This document shows positions 48,201 through 56,399 of a DNA stretch of 64,000 nt, piece by piece. Source of the stretch: Gemmatimonadales bacterium (lineage in GTDB: Bacteria > Gemmatimonadota > Glassbacteria > GWA2-58-10); the NCBI GenBank assembly GCA_024278175.1, contig JAJRTS010000085.1:59844-123843 (forward strand). The letters are read 5' to 3'. Positions within the stretch are counted from its first letter, which is position 1. Every line of letters begins with the position of its first letter. The notes below the pieces were generated by a model, which saw nothing but the letters and a program-made list of their open reading frames with translations, ran no database searches and was not told the origin of the DNA. The position numbers were made by a program, and so were the translations under genes.

Positions 48201-50033
48201 GCGTTCGTGTTCGGCACCGCTGAGCTGGATTCTTTCCGCGAGGGCGCGAAAACCCTGTTCGAGATGAGCAGGCTCTACCGCTTGGGGCCGGTCAATATGG
48301 ATGAAGCGGCCGCGATCCTAGCCCATCCCCTGCAAGGCCGCGCGGTGATCCACGCCAGGGCGCTGGAGATGCTGGCCACTCTTTCCGGCGGACAACCCTA
48401 CCTTCTGCAATGGCTGGGACGCGAGCTGGTGGAGGTGATCAACGCGGGGCAGAGCTCACTGGTTACGCTGGAACTGGCCGGACGCGCTGTGGCCAGGCTG
48501 GTGGCCGATCCCCCGCTGCCGCTGCTTGACAGCTGGGAGGAGCTGCCCCGGCGCGAAAAACTGGTGCTGGCCGCGATGTACAAAATCAGGGCGGAAGGCG
48601 ACGGCGGCTCGATGGCGGTGGGCGATATCCGCGCCGTGCTGGCCGGCCACGGAATCGAGATGCTGGCCGAGGAACTGGCCAAGGCCGCGGCCGACCTGTC
48701 GGAGCGCAATCTGGTAAAACTGGACACGCCCTCCGCCGCGCTGACCGCGCCCGATACCCTGCTCGGCCGCTGGATCGCCTCGGCCACCAGTATCCCGGCA
48801 ATCGCCGCGCGGCAGGAGTACGATATCGGCGAGGCGCTGCACCGCTTCTCCGACGAACTCAGCCGCTCGTTCCGTCTCGATGAGCTGGCCGGGCGGGTAC
48901 TGAGCTTTTTTGAATCGATTCTGCACCCGGAGTACTCCGCGTTTCTCACCGCGCGGCCCGCCGATAACGACGGGGAAGAACCGCTGTTAGTGCTCGAAAG
49001 CGTGGGTGGCAGCGGAACCGTCGCCAATCTGCCGGAAAAAATTCCGGCGGCCGCTCTGGAGCGCCTTTCGCTGATAGTGGAAAAAACAACGGAAAGCGCC
49101 GCGGAGACCTCCGGCTTCCCCGCCGGCTGCGTACTCGCTCCCCTGCTGGCCCGTGGCGAACCGGTGGGGCTGGTGGTGCTGGGACCCCGCCGCGACGGCG
49201 AGCGTTACAACAGCCGCGACAGGATGCTGCTGGAGACCTGCGCCGAGCAGACGGCGGTGGCGATGGAGAACTCGCGGCTCTACGAGGAAGAGACTGAAAA
49301 AGAGCGGCTCAAGCAGGAACTCGATACCGCGCGCCGGATGCAGATGGCGATCCTTCCCGAGCGCAAGCCGGATATTCCCGGACTGGACTTTTGCGCCTAT
49401 CTGTCGCCGGCCACCGAGGTCGGCGGGGACTACTACGACTACAAGCTGCTCGATTCGGGCCAACTGGTGTTCGTCATCGGCGATGTGAGCGGGCACGGGG
49501 TCAGCGCCGGGACATTGGTTACAATGTCCAAAAGCTGTATATTTAATCAACTGCGCACGAGCCACGCCGTGGAGCAGGTGATGAGCGCGATGAACGAGAT
49601 GGTTTACGGGGCGCTGGCCGAAAAGTTACTGATGACGCTCTGCTACGCCATTATCGACCCGGCCGCCGGCAAGCTGGTTTACTCGATAGCCGGCCACCCG
49701 TTCCCCTACCACGTGCACGCGGCCGACGGTACGCTGAGCGAGCTCGATATCAGCGCTTATCCGCTGGGGGTTACCCGTAAGGCCCGCTTCAGGACCGCCG
49801 AGGTAAATTTCGCCCCCGGTGATTCGTTCGTGTTTTTCTCCGACGGGATAGTGGAGGCCCAAAACCCGGAGAACGAGCAGTGGGGGTTCGAGCGATTCGA
49901 ACAGGTGGTGACCGGCAACGCAGGCCTGGACGCCGAGTCGCTCACCGGCAAGATTCTGAGCGAGTTTGACGACTTCCGCCGGGGCGTGCCCCAGGACGAT
50001 GACGTTACTTTAGTGACTATCAAGGTGCGATGA
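45237..50033 (+). CDS. giant envelope sensor: signal peptide, Reg_prop beta-propeller + Y_Y_Y, TM, AAA-like ATPase, GAF, PP2C/SpoIIE phosphatase
   Basis: About 13 repeats of the L(W/F)(I/V)GTxxG(L/A)xxxDG type (two-component regulator propeller), TM at about aa 790, Walker-A-like HGGERIGMTSFL, GAF core, C-terminal SpoIIE motifs (GDVSGHGVSAG … FSDGIVEA … DDVTLV). Confidence 0.75.
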   Translation: MISTVRKIPPVLLIIFCTLCQSVSGQAGGVDRDSLLRENRLLREQLEHLQARREAFRWRRFPDGPLLRSGTVMQIAPGPGSRLAFATDSQGLVLFDGTWLEVYDSENSSLPDNFVTATALFGDKLWIGTAAGLAVLDADGSIHRPAPLPGELAGGTVSCLLAAGDSSLWVGTQGAGLWRFDGERWQQFTSPDTAAAGPGDINALAPSAPGDGVWAATAGEGIWRVTGGALKCFGQPLGPGSEEIYSVITDSDALVWIGAAGAGAGFWDGFGWQRAPLPVSGGAGVICIAELTGGDLFFGTTEGAWFYVRQGNSWEKLPLPEEIAAAPIVAAAGRNGRLWLAPSGSGVYFHDRGLATRFAAASDLPSESVYQINQSADGRIWFSTFGGVAIYDGRRWSRLDRRNGLPDNLVTFTLFGPGDTVAFATHRGAGILSGGRWKYLNRDLGLRSNTINHLALDSRDGLWLSTEGGGLTLSYKDSLLTYTTAEGLPANQVQAALPAVGDSVWVATKRGLALITGGMVLGPAADNATDEPGPPAVHYTALAMDSRGALWAASAGDGAWRRDAAGHWEKFGVENGLGSNEVYAVATHSDGRLFFGTRAGLSIFDGLSWRNLSGKDGLNPGAVRSVFVDSGGALWLSGDRNGVLRFDTGRLKLPETYLETPSGVLCALGPAGEPLRLARADSSGEGRLMLGNSRYAALAGPAGADTVRSNRINLSVHAVTPWWNTPRSDFTFQWRLDNDPWSSHLAGGHLTVFDLSRGSHVLEVRARDPYLRLDPTPASYSFYVDIPTLLGDWRFWAATFVLVGGALGLWQRRRLQWWLSIVRHRRFRPVTPNPFNPNAPQSEQERFRGRDELLERLAGLFDGKDHGSVIIHGGERIGMTSFLLQCRNLAGHTGAQTVYLDLAAEAFTGVDRLATRLAAKIAHDETAAEHGKNNPLDTLAALLETGTEPMVLIFDNAELLGRLLQRDSEQGKRLVALFRAAVLKDRAAAFVFGTAELDSFREGAKTLFEMSRLYRLGPVNMDEAAAILAHPLQGRAVIHARALEMLATLSGGQPYLLQWLGRELVEVINAGQSSLVTLELAGRAVARLVADPPLPLLDSWEELPRREKLVLAAMYKIRAEGDGGSMAVGDIRAVLAGHGIEMLAEELAKAAADLSERNLVKLDTPSAALTAPDTLLGRWIASATSIPAIAARQEYDIGEALHRFSDELSRSFRLDELAGRVLSFFESILHPEYSAFLTARPADNDGEEPLLVLESVGGSGTVANLPEKIPAAALERLSLIVEKTTESAAETSGFPAGCVLAPLLARGEPVGLVVLGPRRDGERYNSRDRMLLETCAEQTAVAMENSRLYEEETEKERLKQELDTARRMQMAILPERKPDIPGLDFCAYLSPATEVGGDYYDYKLLDSGQLVFVIGDVSGHGVSAGTLVTMSKSCIFNQLRTSHAVEQVMSAMNEMVYGALAEKLLMTLCYAIIDPAAGKLVYSIAGHPFPYHVHAADGTLSELDISAYPLGVTRKARFRTAEVNFAPGDSFVFFSDGIVEAQNPENEQWGFERFEQVVTGNAGLDAESLTGKILSEFDDFRRGVPQDDDVTLVTIKVR

Positions 50034-52147
50034 ACCAGCAAAAATCCATAGCCGCCCTTCCGGAGCTGGCCGCGGCACTCGAAGAGCTGGACGGGCTCTG
50101 CCGCTCGTTCGACCGCGTACCCGGAGCTCAGGCGGTTTTCCCGCAAGTACTGGAAACGGTTGGTCGGATCTGCGGCGGGGTGGAGTTGCAGGGCTACCTG
50201 TATGACAAGGCCAGGGCCGTGTTCGAACCATTCGGCGGCCCGGCGGAGCAGGGTCTCACTAGGCTGGCCATGCCAAACCATCTGTTTGAAATCCTCTCCG
50301 GGGCCAGGGGACGGATCGCGGACGAGCCATTCGAACTGGAAGCCCTGAGCCAGTCCCACCCGTGGTGGAATTTCCATGAGTGCAACAACGTGGCGATCAA
50401 GCGCAACCGGATCGTGGCCATTTACCCGCTGGTCTCCGCGCGCGAGGTGCTGGGCCTGATCGCCCTGGACGCGGGCGGACTGGAGCAGGTGAGCGAGGCC
50501 GGTTCGGTTAACCTGTTGAGACTGGCGGCCGCCCAGATCGCACTGGGACTGAGCCACCTGAGCCTGGTGTCCACAATCCGCCGGACCAGCTTCCAGAGCA
50601 GGCTCAAGGCCCTGGAGCTGGAAACGCTTCAGGATGTGGGCATGGCGTTCGCCGGCAGCCTGGACCTTAAGCAACTCACCGGCGACCTGCTGATGCGGGT
50701 GATCTCGATCCTGAATGTCAACCGCGCCGCCGTACTGCTCGACAACGCGCCGGGCCGCGACAATCTGGCAGGCGAATTCCGCCCGGAGGTGGTGGAAAGT
50801 TTCGGGCTGGAAGAGCTGGAGGAAACGTTGGTGGACTCGCTGGCAGGTTGCCCACAGGCCGCGGCCAACCTGCTGGAGAACTCTCCCACCGTGATCAATG
50901 ATCCCGCCCTGGCCGCGGAGCTGGGCTGCCGCAACCTGATGGTCGTGCCGATCCAGTACAAGGGGCAGTTGCTGGGCGCGATCCTGGTGGGCGACAAAGA
51001 AAGCCGCAGCGAGCCTGAGCCAACCTTCGGCGACGACGACCTTCGCCTGCTGAGCGCGATGGCGGGTCAGGCGGGCGCGGCTATTTCCAATGCGCGGCTC
51101 TACAGCGACGTGCTGCGGATGAAGAATTTCAACGAAAATATCCTGACCAGTATCGCCAGCGGGGTGATTACCACCGGCGGCGACAACCGGGTGGTGAGTT
51201 TCAACGACTCCGCCGCCCGCATATTCGGGATTTCTCCCACCCGTGCGGTGGGCATGAGCGTGGAGGCACTGTTCTCCCAACTGGAGCTGAGTGAGCTGGC
51301 CGGTAAGATTACCGCGATAAAAAAATCAGGCGAGCATTTCCAGGAGATGAACGTAACGGCTTCCGGCCCCGGCGGCGATGAACTTTCGCTCAACGTGAGC
51401 GTCACCCCGTTCAGCGGCGGGCAGGATCCCGGCGGCCTGGAAACCGACAGCGGGGCCGGACTGGTGATTTCGCTGGAAAACGTGAGCGAGGGGGCCAGAA
51501 TCAAGGACACGCTGCGGCGCTATGTGAGCGCCAACGTGGCCGACATGGTGCTCGCGGAAGGCCATCAGCTTGTGCTGGGCGGCAAGCTCAGCGAGGTCAC
51601 TGTGCTGTTTGCCGATATCCGCGGTTTCACCTCGCTCAGTGAACGTCGCTCACCCCAGGAAGTGGTCGAATTGCTGAACAGTTACTTTGACTTGATCATC
51701 GACGTGGTTTTCCGCTACAATGGTACAGTGGATAAAATTGTCGGCGATGAGATCATGGTCCTGTTCGGCGCTCCCTTCCCGCTGGAAGACGACACCGAGA
51801 GGGCAGTGCGTTGCGCCATGGAGATGCTTGCCGAGCTTGAAAAATACAACGCCGCGCGAACCGGCAGCGGACAGGATCCGCTTAAGATCGGGATCGGGCT
51901 TAATCGCGGCAACGTAATCAGTGGCAATATCGGCTCGGCCAAGCACATGGACTACACGGTGATCGGCGATGCGGTCAACCTGGCCAGCCGCCTGGTGGAC
52001 AACGCCGCTCCCGGACAGATTCTGCTCACCCGCAGCGTGGCCGGCCAGTTGGGAGAGGAATTCCCCTGCCGCCGGATCGGCGAGATCATGGTTAAGGGCA
52101 AGCGAAAACCTGTCGAAATCTTTGAAATAGCGAGTGAAGCGCAATGA
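50030..52147 (+). CDS. GAF/PAS-regulated class III adenylate (nucleotidyl) cyclase
   Basis: C-terminal CHD: VTVLFADIRGFTSLSE…KIVGDEIMVLFGAP…GLNRGNVISGNIGS. ATGA overlap with the upstream sensor gene. Confidence 0.8.
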   Translation: MNQQKSIAALPELAAALEELDGLCRSFDRVPGAQAVFPQVLETVGRICGGVELQGYLYDKARAVFEPFGGPAEQGLTRLAMPNHLFEILSGARGRIADEPFELEALSQSHPWWNFHECNNVAIKRNRIVAIYPLVSAREVLGLIALDAGGLEQVSEAGSVNLLRLAAAQIALGLSHLSLVSTIRRTSFQSRLKALELETLQDVGMAFAGSLDLKQLTGDLLMRVISILNVNRAAVLLDNAPGRDNLAGEFRPEVVESFGLEELEETLVDSLAGCPQAAANLLENSPTVINDPALAAELGCRNLMVVPIQYKGQLLGAILVGDKESRSEPEPTFGDDDLRLLSAMAGQAGAAISNARLYSDVLRMKNFNENILTSIASGVITTGGDNRVVSFNDSAARIFGISPTRAVGMSVEALFSQLELSELAGKITAIKKSGEHFQEMNVTASGPGGDELSLNVSVTPFSGGQDPGGLETDSGAGLVISLENVSEGARIKDTLRRYVSANVADMVLAEGHQLVLGGKLSEVTVLFADIRGFTSLSERRSPQEVVELLNSYFDLIIDVVFRYNGTVDKIVGDEIMVLFGAPFPLEDDTERAVRCAMEMLAELEKYNAARTGSGQDPLKIGIGLNRGNVISGNIGSAKHMDYTVIGDAVNLASRLVDNAAPGQILLTRSVAGQLGEEFPCRRIGEIMVKGKRKPVEIFEIASEAQ

Positions 52148-52611
52148 GCCCGAACGACGCCGGAGAATACACGTTCGACCGGGTGGAGCACATGAGTATC
52201 CCCGCCGAGCCGAACCGGGAACTGGAGGTGGCCGAGCGGGCGTTCGAGCTGGCGCGCGGCGTGGGCCTTGGCGCCGACGAGGCCGACGAGGTGCGGCTGG
52301 CGGTGATCGAGGCGGTGATCAACGCGATCGAACACGGCCGCAACGAGCAGGGCCGGGTGCAGGTCTCTTTCTCCACCGGCAGCAGACCCGCCAGGCTGGC
52401 GGTAACCGTGGGCGACAGCGGCCGCGGGTTCGACCCCTCGCGGGTTGCTGCGCCCAACATTGCAGAGAAGATCGGTACAAATCAACGCAAAAGGGGCTGG
52501 GGACTTAAGTTGATGCGCAGCCTGATGGACGAGGTGATAGTCGACAGCAGCGCCAAAGGCACCCGGGTGACCCTGATCAAACAGGCTAAAGTACTGCCCG
52601 GCCTGGGGTAA
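52144..52611 (+). CDS. RsbW/SpoIIAB-like anti-sigma factor (HATPase_c serine kinase)
   Basis: 155 aa, N-box-like EAVINAIEHG, G-box DSGRGF. ATGA overlap with the cyclase gene. Confidence 0.75.
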   Translation: MSPNDAGEYTFDRVEHMSIPAEPNRELEVAERAFELARGVGLGADEADEVRLAVIEAVINAIEHGRNEQGRVQVSFSTGSRPARLAVTVGDSGRGFDPSRVAAPNIAEKIGTNQRKRGWGLKLMRSLMDEVIVDSSAKGTRVTLIKQAKVLPGLG

Positions 52612-52690
52612 GATTTTTCCCATGACGATGGATAAGCAATTATTTACCATTGAGTTATTAATCCGCCCCCGGCCGCAGGGGCGGGAACGA

Positions 52691-52719
52691 TTGACATCTG
52701 GCTGAGGCCGCTCTACATT
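52691..52719 (+). promoter_or_regulatory. candidate sigma70 promoter TTGACA-N17-TACATT upstream of the STAS gene
   Basis: Read from the sequence. Preceded by the GC hairpin ccgcccccggccgcaggggcgg, a possible terminator of the upstream operon. Confidence 0.4.
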
Positions 52720-52828
52720 ATTTTCCATAGATTCCGGCCGCGCCGCCACGGGAATACTTAAGTCCAGCCGCACTGGACAGCTTCTCCCGGCGAGGCGTCC
52801 GCTTAACCGTCACCGACGGAGTGAAGCA

Positions 52829-53179
52829 ATGCCCGACAATTTCGAAGTAATCGTACAGCGGGAGGCCACCTACGCGATCCTTCGCACCGAAGGCTACATC
52901 AACAACACGGGCGGGGAAAAAATCGCCCGGGAATGCTACAAGATGCTCGACGACGGGATCGGGGTATTTATCCTCAACCTGGCCAAATCCCCGATTGTCA
53001 ACAGTGTCGGCATCGCCGTGCTGATCGAGTTGATCGAGCGGGTGCGGGAAGACGGCGACAAGGTGATCTTTTGCAACTGCACTCCTGTTATCGCGAAAAC
53101 TTTCAAAATCATGGGCCTGACCCAGTACGCCGAGTTATACGAAAATGAAAAAGAAGCTCTGGCAAATATCCGCTCGTAG
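52829..53179 (+). CDS. STAS-domain anti-sigma-factor antagonist (RsbV/SpoIIAA-like)
   Basis: 116 aa. The conserved phospho-Ser region LAKSPIVNSVGIAVLIEL. Confidence 0.75.
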   Translation: MPDNFEVIVQREATYAILRTEGYINNTGGEKIARECYKMLDDGIGVFILNLAKSPIVNSVGIAVLIELIERVREDGDKVIFCNCTPVIAKTFKIMGLTQYAELYENEKEALANIRS

Positions 53180-54311
53180 CCTGCTGGCCGCGCTGCTGAT
53201 GCTGACGGCGACAACTTCGCCGGTACGCGCCGTGTTCGACAGCAGCACGCTGGACGGGCGGCAGTACATCAATATCATCTTCATTCTCGACTGCTCTGCC
53301 AGCATGAACAAAATCATCGGCCCGGTGCGCAAGATTGACATCGCCAAGAGAACTGTCGATACGATCCTGAAGAACCTGGCGATCGAGAGCCACCAGGCCG
53401 GATCGATGGATACGGGTCTTCGCGTGTTCGGCTCCAAGTTCTACAAGTGGAAAAAAAACTGCGACGATACCACGCTGGAAATCCCGCTCGGTGATATCGA
53501 GGACACGATGACCCCAATCCTGCTGGCGGTCCAGGGAGTAACCGCCAAGGGCCAGAGCTCGCTGGCGCTGACCATGGACGCGTTGACAGGAGATTTTCCC
53601 GTTGCCGATGACCAGTGCAGTTTTATCATCGTTGTCTCGGACGGCGACGAATCCTGCGGCGGCAACCCCTGCATGGCGGTGGAGCAACTGGCCAGCGCAT
53701 CCCAGGGCATTTCCGTCAACACGCTGGGTGTTGAAACCGACCCCGCCGGTTATGACAACCTGAACTGCATGGCCGAGGCCGGTAACGGGCTCTATTTCGA
53801 CTCCAAGGACGTGGACGAGTTTATCCTGTTCCTCAAGGACTGTAACGAGAAAATCCAGCAAAACAGGCAGAAACTGGCCGACTCCGTGATTGATACGACA
53901 GTAATCACCCGGCGCGACATTACCGAAAGCATGACCGAGTACAAGGTCGAAAGCCCGGTCCCGCTCTATCCCGATCACGACGACAGGTTCGCTCCGGTGG
54001 ACACTCTTACTCCCGATGACAAGGTTTTCATGCTTTCCAGCCGCGGTTTGTGGATCGAGGTGTTTGCGCCGGATAAACAGATCCAGGGCTGGATTCTGGC
54101 AAAGCGGGGCGGCTCGGAGTATTCGGTTACCGTTACCGACGACAAAACCCCGCTTTACGTGGAAAAGAGCCCATCGAGCGAGGTTGTGACTTACCTGGAC
54201 GCGGGCACCCAGCTAACAGTCCTCAAACGCGAGGGGGCGTGGTACAATGTTATCGACACCAACACGAATGTCCGCGGCTGGGTGATCGCTTTCAACGTGG
54301 CCGAGAACTGA
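53145..54311 (+). CDS. secreted von Willebrand factor A (VWA) domain protein with C-terminal SH3b-like repeats
   Basis: Signal peptide. MIDAS-like DCSASM. Two C-terminal segments of the LYVEKSPSSEVVTYLDAGTQLTVL…GWV type. Confidence 0.6.
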   Translation: MKKKLWQISARSLLAALLMLTATTSPVRAVFDSSTLDGRQYINIIFILDCSASMNKIIGPVRKIDIAKRTVDTILKNLAIESHQAGSMDTGLRVFGSKFYKWKKNCDDTTLEIPLGDIEDTMTPILLAVQGVTAKGQSSLALTMDALTGDFPVADDQCSFIIVVSDGDESCGGNPCMAVEQLASASQGISVNTLGVETDPAGYDNLNCMAEAGNGLYFDSKDVDEFILFLKDCNEKIQQNRQKLADSVIDTTVITRRDITESMTEYKVESPVPLYPDHDDRFAPVDTLTPDDKVFMLSSRGLWIEVFAPDKQIQGWILAKRGGSEYSVTVTDDKTPLYVEKSPSSEVVTYLDAGTQLTVLKREGAWYNVIDTNTNVRGWVIAFNVAEN

Positions 54312-54358
54312 TCGGCCGCCATACCACGGCCGGACCACTTAACCAACGGCAGTTTAAC

Positions 54359-55339
54359 ATGGCCGGAGTACTGAAAAAATTCACCCGTGGTGAGGTGATA
54401 ATCGCCGAGGGTTCGGTAGGGACAAATGTCTATATCGTCCGCTCCGGCCGGGTGGAGGTTTTCAAAAACAGTTCCACCGGCGCGCTGCAACTGGCCACCC
54501 TGGGGGCCAACGAAGTGTTCGGCGAGATGAGCCAGATCGACGAGCGTTTCAGCCGCCGCACGGCCAGTGTGAGGGCTATCGAGGACTGCGAAATCATCAT
54601 TCTCGACCGCGAGGGTTTCGACAACTACCTCAAGGGTACCTCGGCCGGTATCTCCAACCTGATCAAGCGCCTCTCGAACCGCCTTCGCGAGACCAACGAT
54701 ATCATCTCCCACGCGGGCCTGGACCCGCGGAACCTGCCCAAAGCGATCAAGCTGACCAAAGCCGATAACGGCGAGGGCAGGCTTACAGACGACCAGTTGG
54801 CCGAGTCGGTGAACGCGGCCGTGGATCTTCAACTGCTGCCCAAAAAATTCAGCAAGGGACAGACGCTGATCCGTGAAAACGCCGAGGCGATGAGCCTGTT
54901 CATGCTGAAAAGCGGCACTGTGCGCGTGTTCAAAACGGTGGCCGGCGAAGAAGTGGAGATCGACGACCTGACGGTGAACGAGGTGTTCGGCGAGATCAGC
55001 GCGTTCGACGAGGGCGTGAGGTTTTTTACGGTCAAGGCGCTCGATGACGGCGAGGCGGTGGTATTCAGCAAGAGGCAGATGGACGAAATGTTGCGCAAGG
55101 CGCCCCTGGAGCTGTTCCTGATCCTGGACTGTGTCGTGATGAAGCTGAAACGCACTTCGCTCAGATACCTGGAATCGCTGGAAAAGGAAGTTATTCACAA
55201 GCGGGAAATTACCAGCAAGGACGAGGAAATCTCCCGGCTGAGCAGTGAAAAAGAGGAACTGGCCCGGCAGGTAAAGGAACTAACCGGCAAGGTTGAGCAA
55301 CTGAACGATCAAATCCGAAAACTTCAGCCGCAGCAGTAA
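54359..55339 (+). CDS. tandem cyclic-nucleotide-binding domain protein with C-terminal coiled coil
   Basis: Two cNMP beta-roll domains (FGEMSQIDERFSRRTASVRA; FGEISAFDEGVRFFTVKA), then a coiled coil. Confidence 0.7.
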   Translation: MAGVLKKFTRGEVIIAEGSVGTNVYIVRSGRVEVFKNSSTGALQLATLGANEVFGEMSQIDERFSRRTASVRAIEDCEIIILDREGFDNYLKGTSAGISNLIKRLSNRLRETNDIISHAGLDPRNLPKAIKLTKADNGEGRLTDDQLAESVNAAVDLQLLPKKFSKGQTLIRENAEAMSLFMLKSGTVRVFKTVAGEEVEIDDLTVNEVFGEISAFDEGVRFFTVKALDDGEAVVFSKRQMDEMLRKAPLELFLILDCVVMKLKRTSLRYLESLEKEVIHKREITSKDEEISRLSSEKEELARQVKELTGKVEQLNDQIRKLQPQQ

Positions 55340-55386
55340 GGCGGCATTTGATTCTACCTGCCACCATCCTCCCATAATATCTATCA

Positions 55387-56379
55387 ATGAATAAAAAAAA
55401 TTATCAGCCCCTTCGTCCCCCGGCCATTCGCCCGGGCGATACAATCGGTCTTGTTGCTCCGGCCAGCCCGCTGATCGATCTGCGCGACATCGGCCGGGCG
55501 CGCAAGGTACTCGCCTCGCTTGGATTTCAGGTGCTCGAGGGCGAGAACGTCCGCCGCCGCCACGGGTTCCTGGCCGGAAGCGACAGCCAGCGCGCCGACG
55601 ACATCCACCGCATGTTCTCCGACCGCTCGGTGCGGGCCGTGATGGCCCTGCGCGGGGGCTACGGCAGCGGACGGCTGCTGGAACTGCTGGACTGGGACCT
55701 GCTGCGCGCCAACCCCAAGGTGCTGCTCGGCCACAGCGACCTGACCGCCCTGCTCAACGCCGTGCACCAGCGCAGCGGGATGGTCACTTTCTGGGGCCCG
55801 ATGGCCGGTTACGACCTGGGCCGGTCGCTCACATCGTTTAAAATCCGGCACCTGCTCTCTGTTATCAGCGCAACCGCCGCAACGCAACGCTTGCCCTGCT
55901 CCGCGCCCTCGCCGCGCAGAAAGCTGCGGGTAATTTGCCCCGGAGTGGCCGAGGGCCGCCTGGTGGGAGGCAACCTGAGCATAATCGCCAGCCTGATCGG
56001 CACGCCTTACGAGCTCCGGACCGCGGACCGCCTGTTTTTTTTCGAGGACGTGGACGAGGAGCCCTACAAAATAGACCGGATGCTCAACCAACTCGCTCTG
56101 GCCGGAAAACTGCGGGAGGTGGCCGGGATCATTGTCGGCAGGTGTGTGGACTGCAAGCGCGGCGGCAGGATGAAACGCTCGTTCGCCCTGGCCGAAGTGT
56201 TCGAGCACTGGCTCTCCCCGCTGGGAGTTCCGGTGATCTACGGCCTGCCAATCGGCCACGAGACAGAAAAACTGACCCTGCCGATCGGGGTCAAGGCCCG
56301 TCTGGAAGCCGGCAGCAGCCCGGCCGTAACCCTGCTGGAGCCCGCGGTGGAAGAACCGGATACCGGTTTCGTTGCATAA
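55387..56379 (+). CDS. ldcA: LD-carboxypeptidase (peptidase S66)
   Basis: GDTIGLVAPAS … GHSDLTALL catalytic Ser region, C-terminal GHET-like motif. Confidence 0.8.
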   Translation: MNKKNYQPLRPPAIRPGDTIGLVAPASPLIDLRDIGRARKVLASLGFQVLEGENVRRRHGFLAGSDSQRADDIHRMFSDRSVRAVMALRGGYGSGRLLELLDWDLLRANPKVLLGHSDLTALLNAVHQRSGMVTFWGPMAGYDLGRSLTSFKIRHLLSVISATAATQRLPCSAPSPRRKLRVICPGVAEGRLVGGNLSIIASLIGTPYELRTADRLFFFEDVDEEPYKIDRMLNQLALAGKLREVAGIIVGRCVDCKRGGRMKRSFALAEVFEHWLSPLGVPVIYGLPIGHETEKLTLPIGVKARLEAGSSPAVTLLEPAVEEPDTGFVA

Positions 56380-56399
56380 TCGGGTACAGCGGTGAGAAA

